DNA of 64,000 nucleotides from Squalus acanthias (Eukaryota): NCBI GenBank assembly GCA_030390025.1, contig CM059432.1, positions 105,030,001 through 105,094,000 on the forward strand, given 5' to 3'. Below the pieces are notes generated by a model that worked only from the letters and a program-made list of their open reading frames with translations, made no database searches and was not told the DNA's origin. The translations under genes and the position numbers were made by a program. Position 1 is the stretch's first letter, and the number at the start of each line of letters is the position of its first letter. Below are positions 33,663-45,614 of this stretch, one piece after another.

Positions 33663-36012
33663 ATGGAACGAATTCTAGTATTGCTCGCGGCAATCGGATG
33701 TGGATTGGCCTATCGAGGCCGCACCAAGGATGTCGTGGTGTTTGGATGCTCCGGGGACACGGCCCCCATCGCGGTGGATGGGACCGGAAGACGGGAGGCT
33801 GAGGAGACCACCACCTATTTCCACAAGGGAAGGTGGCCAGGATGGCTGGGAACGAACTCAACGGAGTATTCCAGCACATCGGGGTTTGCCTACCAAGAGA
33901 CTTCTTTAATGTGCCCCAAAGTAAGGATCATCGCACCCAGGATCAGCGTCACCGTCGGCAAACGGATTTGTTTGACTTGTAGTGGGAATGTCCCATTGAG
34001 CCGATGGTGGTGGCTGCGAAAGCTGAGCAAAACATGAGGAACTCTTCGGTCGAGTGGGAACGACTGGGTAATAATACCCATCGGACAATTACGGGGACAA
34101 ACGGACAAGTGAGAGTCTGTTGGGACAAATGGTGGGAACCGATGAGGGAATTTATGTATGTATGTGGGGGTCAAAGTACGCTTGCCCCAAAGGCATCTCC
34201 ATATTTTTCATTAATCAATGGCAGGATAACGGACAGGGGATGAGGTGGGATGCGAGCACCAGGGGGTGCGGAGCCCCATACTCTTCGATCCCGGTAAATG
34301 CCACTGAACTCATTACGCGCCCACGCAAAGCCCCGCCCACGATTCCGGTGGTTCTAGCTAAAGAGGAAGGGTGCCCTAAAACTAGTAAGGGACCCGGGAA
34401 TGGTTTGGTACTGGTCCCCACAGACCAGATACTATTTCAGGGGGTACATTACGCGGTGGCCTCGGTGATTTTAAATCTCACCGAGGTGCGGTTACCAGAG
34501 TGGTGCCCCAAAAAGACGGAACAGTTATATCAGGTCCTGTTGACCAAGATGTTCAGACAATTTTACGAATTCGATTTCGCGGAAATTGATAAAACAAGTT
34601 TGTACACTGCACCACATGAAGTTTTTGATCAAGTGGGGAGGCAAAGAAGGGGTGTAGTGAACGACGCGTTCACTGCTTTCAACACAGGTACATCTGTGGT
34701 CAACGCTCTAGACAGCGTGGAGCTGCAGACCCAGATTAATGGTTTAAAGACGCAATTAAAAGACATTCTCACAGATGAAAATAAGGTGGTTGGGTCGGGT
34801 TTACACGAGGACCAAGCCATGACTCTCCATTTAAAAGAAATTATAGCAGAGCTAGAGAAACACGCGAGAACGGTAAATGCCCTGATTAGGGAAGATCGGA
34901 ATGCATCCGATCAAGCTGCGCAGAATGAGGTGTGCGTGCTTTACGGGGCGTGGTTACTGGGCGAGGGCCGCAGTAATTTGGAGGATTTAAAACAAGGTTT
35001 GGTCCCGTCCTGGATAAGTAACAAACACCTGCGGGCGCTCCACCCTTTTCAGAACGCATTAAGCCCGTGCCAGCTCAGGCTAGCTTCAGAAGCATACCCA
35101 GTCCCCGTGGACTGCGGACGATCAAACCATACTATCATGGGTATAGTATTACGTATGCCGGTTTTGGGCGACACAGCAAAGCCCGCCCCGGTGTATCGGG
35201 TAGAGAACATTGGTGTCATTCAGGGGGGAGCCCACATTCGCTATGCAGCGGTTCCACCCTACGTCATCCGCTGGGAGCAAACGATGACAGGTACAGATCT
35301 CTCTGGTTGTCGTGGCAGGGGAGCACACATAATACTGTGTCCCCAGCACTTGAATGCCTTTTTAACACCACAGTGCGGGTTCAGAACGGCTGGCGCCAAG
35401 TCCATGAATTGCACCATGGAGGCAATGGCACAAGATCATGTGCCTCCGCAGGTAGCATACATCGGGGGTGGAACATATTGTGTTACCACTGCAGCGCAAC
35501 ACTACCAGCATGGAAACCGTAGCCGGTGTCCGGTGAGTGACAGCAGTTTCTGTTTCAAACCCAGGGCGGAAGTTCAAGTAGCACAACAGCGAATTGTCCC
35601 AATCCCTGAACCATCCACTGTTCATCTAACAGTAAAAGAGAATTTCACCGACTTGCAGCGATTCGTCGCGCATTTCGGATACATCATTCCCCCTCTCCCT
35701 GAACACCTCACCAAGCTTTTGAAAGCCGTCGCGGTGTCACAAAAACATTTTTACACACTAGAGCAGAAAACTGTCGAAATAGGGACAGACATTCTGGACA
35801 TAGTAATTCCACCGTGGTGGAATCTGTTCACCAACATTGAAGTGCCTTCATGGATCAGAATAGCCTCCCACATTTTAGTTGTATGCCAAGTGTTTATTGT
35901 AGTGTACCTATTGGTCGTACATTGTAAGAGAGGCAAATGCCTCACCAAGCACGAAAACACGGGAGAGTGGCGAGAACGTTACGTGCGCGTGCACGATGAA
36001 AGCACCGTGTAA
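33663..36012 (+). CDS. env: Env, class I F-like fusion glycoprotein with an N-terminal Ig-like domain; two 1-nt frameshifts (about 34030 and 34128); 783 aa if restored
   Basis: Signal peptide MERILVLLAAIGCGLA, furin site RQRR (34639-34650), heptad repeat, Cys-rich region, second heptad, TM segment (about 35854-35925) and a short tail containing YVRV. Confidence 0.85.
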
Positions 36013-36450
36013 TCGGAAAATGGCGTCACTCCCGCTTGCCACGTGCGCCTCGGAAGTGTTGTACTCGATCGTGATTTTTCAGAAACTGTAAATACGTTTG
36101 GAACTCGACATGTTTAAGAGTTGGTGTTGATTATTTTGGTGATGGTGTTGTAGTTAAAAATGATTGTTTGGTTTTGTTTTGTTTTTCCTTTCCCTAAATA
36201 AAAATATGAATATACAGGTGATACGAGAGGCATCGGCCTGGTTACGCCTGGAAGGAAAACAAGTGGTGTAAGTTTAAAGGCAAATAATGCCTGCGGTATT
36301 ATAAGAAGGTAATTTTCTTGGGAAATAAGGACGACGCAAAGACCCTAGATAGCTTAAGTTATGGGATTAATTTTCTGGATCTGGAGAAATCGAGATAATA
36401 TTGCTCACCACAATATTTTTGATACGATAAGCGTAGTTATTCGCATCATC

Positions 36451-36459
36451 AGGAGGGAC
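36451..36459 (+). promoter_or_regulatory. Polypurine tract (short)
   Basis: AGGAGGGAC immediately before the 3' LTR. Confidence 0.6.
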
Positions 36460-38160
36460 TGTAGAATTCGCAATATATCGCGATTTTATAAATAAGGAGA
36501 AAAACACGTAGTTTCGTTCAAACAGCTTTTATTTCAGCAGAATGCTGTCAGGTTTTCAAAGTGGACACAAGCAGCTTATAAAATGGCCGCCACGCCTCGT
36601 GGCAGAACATTCTAGATTCTTCGACAGGCAGACAAGATGGCGTTCCAATAAACATTTGTGCAAGATCGATCAAGACTAAGCACATTTAAGATAATACACG
36701 AGACATCATGTGTTTGCAGTATACACATAAATACTGAAATCGGTCTCCCAGGTGCGAATAAGGGCTATTGTACCAAGTAATCAAGAACCCATCCAAAGAC
36801 ATTAATATGCAAAATCCCAACAACTCTACGATGAGAGAGCCGTTAGCGGGTAGTTACAGAAAACATTTGGAAGCCCCAAAACCCCTCCAGGGAGAACACC
36901 GACCGATTAAACAATGGGAAAAGTATTAACAGGTACTCAGACATTTACGAGTATCCCCGAAACCCATTAAAACGGAGATCACCCTATACAAGAAATTTGA
37001 GCGCCAAACCCTAACAAAAGAAAAGACATTAAGGTTGGGCGGGAAAAGAAAGGATTTTGCACTATAACTGTAAGCTCCAACCGTCCATCTTTCTCTTATC
37101 CTCTTATTCGGTTGACTCTTATCCTCGTGGCTGCTCTTGACTCGCCGTCTTGTTCCTGCTTGCCTCGTGTCTCTTTTCAAAAGACTGTTGAATTTTACGA
37201 TCCGCCCGGATCTGCCTCGTGGCGTGCCGCGAAGATCTGTGTGGAACTGGGCTGTGAAGCCTTGAAACGGGCGCACCATCCCGAGAAGTCGGTAAACGGT
37301 GTTGGAACCAAAGGCCCGAGATGAGATGAGATGAGATGAGATGAGATGAGAAGAGAAGAAGACCATACGTATCGCCACGGTCAGTAAGCTCCGACCGCGC
37401 CTGTAGGTCAAATCGACACTTTCCTTGCCCAGGAAGACCTTCTTTGAGTTCTACAGAACTGGCAGGAAGACTGTTCTTCGAATTTTATCGTATCAGTGCG
37501 AGGGCACAGGAAGACTCTTTTTTGAGTAGTATCGGAACTCCGAGGACAACACAGATCTTCATGACAGCAGACGTTCCAGCCTGCTAGCCGGAGCAGAAAC
37601 GAGTAAACAAGTGGGGTACAGAGACCCCTGATCGACACGTGGGTGATCAGGTGCTGCGGTGAAAAACATCCGATCAGAGTTTTCGGAATTCTCCGAGTTA
37701 TCATGAGTGGTGAGCATGAGTCTCGATCCTACAAGTCTAGTTTAGAGCAGATATTGATAGGGGAGGGTTTAAGTTTTAAGGATAATTGTAATGTGTGCCC
37801 CCATTTACGATGTGTCGTTCGTTCCTCGTTTCCCTGAAATTAGTTACATAACTGCGTGTAAGATTGTACTGTCATTAATCTGTGCTTATGACATGTATTT
37901 CGTAATCTTAAATAATATGCAATAAAGATTTTCCATTTCGTACCATTCAACCGGGTCTACCTGAGTTTTATCTCCATTACTGCTCTCGCATCTAAGTCCA
38001 GTGTCAGAACCGTAAGGGCGAGTGGGTCGAACCACTCACAGGTGTCTAGTGCTCCCAGACTGGCTGGAGACCAGAACAGGCAACAAGGCCTAAACCTGCA
38101 CTAGCATCCAGGCTGCACAGAGCCACACGAATCTCACAGGTTCAGAGAGAAACCCTTACA
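36460..38160 (+). repeat. 3' LTR (1701 bp)
   Basis: Differs from the 5' LTR by about 13 substitutions and one 5-bp microsatellite unit (counted by eye); AATAAA at 37921. Confidence 0.95.
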
Positions 38161-40083
38161 GATGACAGTATTGGTAGGAGTGACCACCGCACAGTCATTG
38201 TGGAGACGAAGTCCTATCTTCACACTGAGGACACCCTCCATCATGCTGTGTGGCATTACCACCGTGCTAAATGGGATAGATTCAGAACAGATCTAGCAGC
38301 TCAAAACTGGGCATCCATGAGGCACTGTGGGTCATCAGCAGCAGCAGAATTGTATTCCACCACAATCTGTAAACTCATGGCCCGCCATATCCCTCACTCT
38401 ACCATTGCCATCAAGCCAGGGGACCAACCCTGGTTCAATAAGGAATGTAGAAGAGCATGCCAGGTGCAGCACCAAACGTACCTAAAAATCAGGTGCCAAC
38501 CTGGTGAAGCTACAAGGCAGGACTACATGCATGCTAAACAGCAGAAGCAGCATGCTATAGACAGAGCTAAGCGATCCCACAACCAACGGATCAGATCAAA
38601 GCTCTGCAGTCCTGCCACATCCAGTCGTGAGTGGTGGTGGCCAGTTAAACAACTAAAGGGATGTAAGAAATCGTGAATTGGAAGAAATTGTGAATTGTAA
38701 AAGAAATAATGGTGTCTGTTATGTTTGTTTTAGCTCCACCCACTTCTCTGTGCATAGAGCTAAAAGCCGTTTAACCCTTTGTAGCCTTGTCTTGGATTTT
38801 GGAAGTTTTAAGAATGTGTGAATATGTTGAATATGTTCCTTTTAATTTAAGATTGTGCACCCAGAATTGGGAAGAAAAACTTTGAACTACAATTTAAGTT
38901 AAGCTGGTGTGGAAAAGCAGAGAAAAACAAAAAGTTTGTTTAACAAAAGATTAAGTTTCAGTCTAAGATTTAACCTTGGAATTGTGGTTGCTATGGTAAA
39001 ATTTACAAAGCAGTTTGATGTGATTTGTTTAAATGTGAAAATTAATTTTTCTCCAGGTATATTCAGTATTTTTACAGTCATTTGAAAAGGCATCTGAAGA
39101 AAGAACAAAGAGAAATATGATGTAATTTAATAACTGAGACCAAGTGGGAACGTTTGATCTATGCTTTCTATCTTTAATATTGTACTGGACAGTAAAGTTC
39201 CTCCAGGGCTCATGAATGAGATAGAATGGTAAGTAATGGAGAGAGGAAGTGATTGGGGGTGTAAGATTGAAACAGGAAAATTACACTACCAAATGAGAAT
39301 TTTCCTAACTTTCTAGTGAAAGTCAGGAAAGTGTAGTTAAGAATAGTAAATTGATAGCTTTCTCTTGGAGACATTTGTGTCCCTGCCTATAATGAACTTT
39401 TTAAGAAAACTGAATTTGATAGTCCGGCCACTACCTGAGACATCGGGACCATGTTGTGGAAGATGAGCAAAGATCTCCAGACAATCTTTTGATAGGATCA
39501 GCTGAAAGCCCGAGACTGGCTTGTATCAGATGTCACGTGTGGCATGATATTGGGATGAGTGTACAGACGTGATTTGTTACATATGAAGCAATTAGCATGT
39601 GGAAATACTGAATTTGTACTGAAGAACTGGTCTCAGACATGCTCAGTTACTTGACAGCAGCAAGAAATGAAATAGTTAATTTAGCTCAGGTGAGTGAGAC
39701 AACTTTTAAAGCATTGACACATACTCCATCGAGAAACTATCTAATTAGTGAAACAATCAGAATAGAGTTAAATACACTGCTACCTGTTAGAGGGATTGAA
39801 ATTGAAGTTGAAGCGGAGAGTTACATGGAATTTGGATTGGGACAATTGAGGCTAGGGAGAAATAAATTTAGTAAGAATTATCCACAAGATGGATACGAGT
39901 AAAAGAGATCTGGAGAATCTTCTAAGTCGATGATTTGTTGATTAGCTGTTGAACTGTAGCTTTCTTTACAATGTCTGTTTTCTTTGTCTGCATCATTGTC
40001 GCTTGAAATGTATGTACTTGGTTGACGTGCTAATGATTGTAAGACTGAATTATAACTTGTAATTGTAATAATTGTGTTTTGTA

Positions 40084-40570
40084 GGTAACAGAGTGTGGGA
40101 AAAGCCAGTACGAATCCAGTATGAGGTGATTTTGGTGGTGCCTCCTGTACCATGCTTTATGGGTCTAACAGGACCTGTCCCATTAATAGCCCCAGTTTCT
40201 GCTTCACACAACATCTACCCACAACCATCAACCAACACATTTTCAAAACCTATACTCAAGTGAAACTGACAGTAAATGAGATATTTAAGTATGAGCTGCA
40301 CAATTATGTGGCACGATTCAGGTACGATATTCTCCTGTTGTCTGAGGGCTTCAGTGAGCTTGTGATGCAACTGAACTCCTCCCTAAAGCATTTTTATGTT
40401 TTGGAGCAAGACAACTCAAGAATAGATAATAAAATTGACAGCATAGGGGATGATTCACTGGTGGGATATTGGGCTTAATATATCAGCACAACCTTAGGTT
40501 CGTATTATTTCACAAGCTCTGGTAGTTCTCTAACTAGTAATGATAGTGTATTTGATATATGCAACCCGTG
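40084..40570 (+). pseudogene. env: env remnant homologous to the env at 33663-36012
   Basis: CPINSPSFCF vs CPVSDSSFCF; VKLTVNE vs VHLTVKE; YVARFRY vs FVAHFGY; KHFYVLEQ vs KHFYTLEQ; then a TM-like VRIISQALVVL*LVMIVYLI. Confidence 0.8.
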
Positions 40571-40960
40571 TAGTAAGACTTAGATGCATAAGCCAATTGT
40601 GTACTCATGCCTATGACCAACTAGCACTAACAAATTAATTGAGCACACCGAAAGAGAAGATCTGAAGCAATGCAGAGGAGACCCCAGGCGGGGTAAGATC
40701 AGGAAAGATAGAAGAAACAGAGGATACCCCAGGCGGGGCAGAATTGGAACACCGGATTAGTGAATTGAACCTGTCGGAGGTTGCGCCTCCCCCTCAAAGG
40801 AGTGGACAGTGGTGTCAGAAGTAAGAAAGGGGGAAATCTTCATTTCTGAGTCTCCCTACTAACTACCTCCCAAATTGATAGAGCATTAAGAACTAAATGG
40901 ATTAGTCAAGAGCTGATTGTGAGAAGTCAATAAGGATATTTCCTTCTCAAGGTGGGGAAT

Positions 40961-41766
40961 TGTAAGAAATCGTGAATTGGAAGAAATTGTGAATTGTAAA
41001 AGAAATAATGGTTTTATAAAAGAAATGGGTTTGCCTAGCTCAGCAGCCAGGATAAGCTGATGACACAGAAGAAGCCAATCATGTCAGATAAGGAGTTACA
41101 CAAAGAGCTGAGGTCATTTACAAGGGCATAACGCAGAAACAGGCCTTCATGTAGGCATAGCTAGGCCTGATAAGAGGTCGAATAAGGAGCCTTGTGATAA
41201 ACAAACTGTCTAAGAGAAAGTGCAAGATGTCCAAACAAGAGATAAGCGGCAGGATGACCTCATGGGGATAGGCAAGGCCTGCCGTAGGTACCTATTCCCC
41301 TGTAATTGGACAATTGAATGGGTAACAAATGATTGACGCAAGGTATCCACCGACCCCCGAAATAAGGTATATAAGTGGGCAGCTGAAAGGGAAAACTAGG
41401 CAGAGAGGGGAAGAACTTCCCTGGGGTGGGGGGCAGAGAGGGAAGGGCATCCCCGAGGTGGGTTCATGCTAGCTTCGGCTTAACACCTCTGCCAGCCTCG
41501 GGAGACGACCAAAGAGGAAGAGACCACTGCCGCAGGCTGCAGGGATCTGAGATCACCGTTTTGCCTCAACCCCCGTCCGTCCGCCCTTCCATCTGTTCCA
41601 GGGCCGGTAAACCGTTCTCATCTGTTACGGTTTGTATGTTTACTATGTCTATCCTGATTGCGTGTTGTACTTAACTATATTTGAACCACCGCTCCTTAAT
41701 AAAACGACTTATGACTCCTAAGACCCTTTGGGTAATCTGTGTGTGACCTGTGATCCAAATCTTACA
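40961..41766 (+). repeat. 3' LTR of the second element (806 bp)
   Basis: 7-bp inverted ends TGTAAGA...TCTTACA; TATATAA near 41368; AATAAA 41698-41703. Confidence 0.9.
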
Positions 41767-43863
41767 GGGAGGTGGAGGCTCCATAAACATCCCCATCCTC
41801 AATGATGGTGGAGCCCAGCACATGAGTGCAAAAGACAAGGCTGAAGCATTTGCAACCATCTTCAGCCAGAAGTGCCGAGTGGATGATGCATCTTGGCCTC
41901 CTCCTGAGGTCCCCACCATCACAGAAGCCAGTCTTCAGCCAACTCGATTCACTCCACGTGATATCAAAAAATGGCTGAGCGCACATGTATACAGCAAAGG
42001 CTATGGGCCCTGACAACATTCTGGCTGTCGTGCTGAATACATGTGCTCCAGAACTAGCTGCACCTCTAGCCAAGCTGTTCCAGTACAGCTACAACACTGG
42101 CATCTACCCAACAATGTGGAAAACTGCCCATGTATGCCCTGTCCACAAAAAGCAGGACAAATCAATCCGGCCAATTACTGCCCCATCAGCCTACTCTCAA
42201 TCATCAGCAAAATGATGGAATGTGTCATCGACAGTGTTATCAAGCGGCACTGATTCACTAATAACCTGCTCACTGATGCTCAGTTTGGGTTCCGCCAGGA
42301 CCACTCGGCTCCAGACCTCATTACAGCCTTAGTCCAAACATGAACATAAGAGCTGAATTCCAGAGATGAGGTGAGAGTGACTGCCCTTGATATCAAGGCA
42401 GCATTTGACCGAGTCTGGCATCAAGGAGCCCTCGTAAAACTGAAGTCAATGGGAATCAGGGGGAAAACGCTTCGCTGGCTGGAGTCATACCTAGCACAAA
42501 AGAAGATGGTTGTGGTTGTTGGAGGCTAATCATCTTAGCCCCAGGACATCGCTGCAGGAGTTCCTCAGGGCAGTGTCCTAGGCCCAACCATCTTCAGCTG
42601 CTTCATCAATGACCTCCATCATAAGGTCAGAAGTAGGGATGTTTGCTGATGATTGCACAGTGTTCAGTTCCATTTACAACTCCCCAGATAATGAAGCAGT
42701 CCGTGCCCACATGCAGCAAGTCCTGGACAACATTTAGGCTTGGGCTGATAAGTGGCAAGTAACATTCGTGCCACACAAGTGCCAGGTAATGACCATCTCC
42801 AACGAGAGAGAGTCTAGCCACCTCCCCTTGACATTCAACGGGATTACCATCGCCAAATTCCACCCCTCCGCATCAACATCCTGGGGGTCACCATTGACCA
42901 AAAACTTAACTGGACCAGCCACATAAATACTGTGGCAACAAGAGCAGGTCAGAGGCTAGGTATTCTACGGCGAGTGACTCACCTCCTGACTCCACAAAGC
43001 CTTTCCACCATCTACAAGGCACAAGTAAGGAGTGTGATGGAATATTCTCCACTTGCCTGGATGAGTGCAGCTCCAACAATACGCAAGAAGCTCGACACCA
43101 TCCGGGACAAAGCAGCCCGCTTGATTGGCACTCCATCCACCACCTTAAATATTCACTCCCTCCACCACCGGCACACCATGGCTGCAGTGTGTACCATCTA
43201 CAAGATGCACTGCAGTAACTCACCAAGGCTTCTTCGGCAGCACCTCCCAAAACTGCAACGTCTACCAACAAGGGCAGCAGGTGCATGGGAACACCACCAG
43301 CTCCAAGTTCTCCTCCAAGTCACACACCACCCTGACTTAGAAGTATATCGCCGATCCTTCATCGTCGTTGGGTCAAAATCCTGGAACTACATCCCTAACA
43401 GCACTGTGGGATTACCTTCACCACACGGACTGCAGCGGTTCAAGAAGGCGGCTCACCACCACCTTCTCAAGGGATGGGCAATAAATGCTGGCCTTGCCCA
43501 CATCCCATAAACGAATAAAAAAAAATCATCCCTTTAAAATTGATCCAGTCCTAAGCGATGAACGTTTATCTTATGCACTTAAAATGTACCTTTTTTCTAA
43601 GCTTTTAGTCATCTGTCCTAATAGCTCCCTTTGTGGCTCAGTGTCAATTTTGTCTGATTAAGCTTCTGTGAATCGCCTTGGGATATTTTCCTATGTTAAA
43701 GGACCTATATAAATGCAAGTTGGTCTTGTTGTTATTTTAACATTAGAAAAATATAGAAACAACCAAAAGCTGCTAAATAAATACCAGACATACATTTGAC
43801 TTATCTACAAAGGAAACCAATACTTTATTTAATATACAAATCCTTTGAAGCTATTGCCAACAT

Positions 43864-44066
43864 GGGGATGATTTCCTCTGGTCTCTCTGTGTTAGCAACA
43901 CTGTAAACAAAGCAGGAAGATTTCCTCTAATCAGTATTTCCGGCTAAATCATAAATGTGTTCATTCTCAATGCTTTACAATTTTCTGAGAAATAACTACT
44001 AGAGGAAGTTTTCATGTTAAGCTTACAATGACACTGACTCATAGCAACCAGAGAAAATCATCTCCC
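43864..44066. mobile_element. Small TIR element (MITE)
   Basis: Imperfect TIRs GGGGATGATTTCCTCTGG and CCAGAGAAAATCATCTCCC. Confidence 0.5.
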
Positions 44067-44104
44067 AATGTGGTAACACAGATTGAGGCTATTTTTTGTA
44101 CTAT

Positions 44105-44860
44105 GGGGGGAATTTTAACTCCCCTCACCCCCACGACGGGCGGGAGAGTGTTGGTGTGGGAGGGTTAAATCAGCAAATTTGCAAAACTCGACCCCTAACG
44201 GCCGCGAGCACGCCTGCACCGTTTTAACCACGGCGAGTTTCGGGGCGTTCGAGTAACGCGCTCCCGAGAGGCGGGTCCGTAATTATAATGTGTAAATGAG
44301 GCTCCATTCCTGATATTTTGCCAGCCATTTGAATTTAACGGCCCCTGCACAAATTTCCCAGCACTCGGGGAACACGTCAGCCTAAGGGAGACGGGAGGAA
44401 TTGGATCCAGCAGGTAAGTGCTATTTAGAGCCCTGCTTGTGGCCAGGTGGAGCAGGAGTACTCCCCGGTCTCTTAAGCAAATCTTCTGGTGCAATCAGCT
44501 GACCCCCTCCTCACCAAACCTGCGATCTCTCCTGGTCCCCCCTCCCTCTCGATTACCAGTCCGATCCCCCTCACCAACCCTGCAATCTCTCCCCGTCCCC
44601 TTCCCTCTCAATTGCCGGTCAAACCACCCCCCTAACCCCTCCCCCCCCACCCCCCTCCACCACCCCAATCCCTCCCCCCTCCACCACCCCAACCACCCCC
44701 CCCGCCACCCCCGTGATGTTTCCTGGTTGCCAGGGACTGTCCCGAATGGTCCCCGGCAGCAGCCTTCTACCGCTGGCTTTCCCACCCAGCAGCTGGCTAG
44801 CCTGTCAATCTGAGGTCCTGCTGTTAAAGCACCGTTTAGCATCAAGGAGCAGCTAATAAA
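44105..44860. mobile_element. Partial GC-rich non-autonomous Harbinger-type element with a C-rich simple repeat
   Basis: Starts with GGGGGGAATTTT, like the other Harbinger termini; no right TIR found. Confidence 0.4.
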
Positions 44861-44914
44861 CATTTACCTTAACCAAATGGAAGAAAGAGTAAATAGTGTA
44901 ATTAAATTAATTAC

Positions 44915-45365
44915 TTTTTAGCCATTGCCTCTGAGTCTGAAGGTTGTGGGTTTAAGTCCCACTCCAATGACTTGAGCACATAATTTAGGCTGACGCTCTA
45001 ATGCAGTATTGATGGAGTGCTGCACTGTTGGAGATGCCATCCTTCGGATGAGATGTTAAACCAAGTCTGCCCCCTCAAGTGGATGTAAAAAATGCCATGG
45101 CACTATTTTGAAGTAGACCTGGGGAATTCTCCCCAGTGTGGTAGCCAACATTTATCGCTCAACCAATATCACTAAAACAGATTATCTGGCCATTATCACA
45201 TTGCTGTTTGTGGGAGCTTGCTGTGCGCAAATTGGCTGCCTCGTTTCCTACATTACAACAGTGACTACATATCAAAAGTACTTCATTGGCTGTAAAGCAC
45301 GTTGGGACATCCTGAGGCCCTGAAAGGCGCTATATAAATGTGAATCTTTCCTTCGTTTCTTTCTT
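44915..45365 (+). mobile_element. DeuSINE-like SINE (SacSINE1/AmnSINE-type core) with an L2-like tail
   Basis: B-box-like GGTTTAAGTCC; core GCACTGTTGGAGATGCCATCCTTCGGATGAGATGTTAAACC; tail GGCGCTATATAAATG. Confidence 0.7.
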
Positions 45366-45490
45366 TTAAAAGAGAACATTTTAGTTCAAGGATAGGCATC
45401 AGAAATTCAGAACCAAGGGATGGGGTCAAGGTTAAGATCTTCTCTGTGAGCTATGTGTAATAAAATTGTAAACCCATTTACAAAGAAAAT

Positions 45491-45614
45491 GGGGTTGAAT
45501 TTCTGTAGGAGCTCTCCTGATCATTTGCTGTAACTTTGGCAGAAGATCTGCAGAAACCCCGAAGAAATAAAGTTACAGTGGACGATCGGGAAACCCCTGC
45601 AGAAATTCAACCCC
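45491..45614. mobile_element. 124-bp fold-back MITE
   Basis: Perfect 15-bp TIRs GGGGTTGAATTTCTG and CAGAAATTCAACCCC, imperfect arms of about 47 bp, and TSD AAT. Confidence 0.8.

Larger units (their letters stand above)
25373..38160 (+). mobile_element. Near-intact env-bearing LTR provirus, lokiretrovirus-like
   Basis: Paired LTRs, PBS, gag, pol with two RNase H domains, F-like env and PPT. Flanks CATG and GATG (4-bp TSD, one mismatch) lie inside the LINE codons for V-H-D. Confidence 0.93.
38662..41766 (+). mobile_element. Second, internally deleted env-bearing LTR element
   Basis: TSD GGGA (38658-38661 and 41767-41770); 52-bp 5' LTR stub identical to 40961-41012; PPT AAGGTGGGGAAT; full 3' LTR; env remnant. 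Confidence 0.88.
24555..43525 (+). mobile_element. Non-LTR retrotransposon (CR1/L2-group, clade not assigned) in three pieces: 24555-25372, 38161-38661, 41767-43525
   Basis: APE motifs (DIVILTES, YRPP, GDFNVHH, LDLVLTN, SDH) and RT motifs (AFDRVWH, GVPQGSVLGP, FADD). The reading continues across both LTR insertions and ends in AATAAA plus poly-A. Confidence 0.88.

Noticed and set aside
36926..37704. Antisense LTR ORFs (HBZ-like accessory gene)
   Set aside because: The 161-aa frame has a non-ATG start, runs through the GAGAT microsatellite, is broken in the 5' LTR, and has no recognisable motif.
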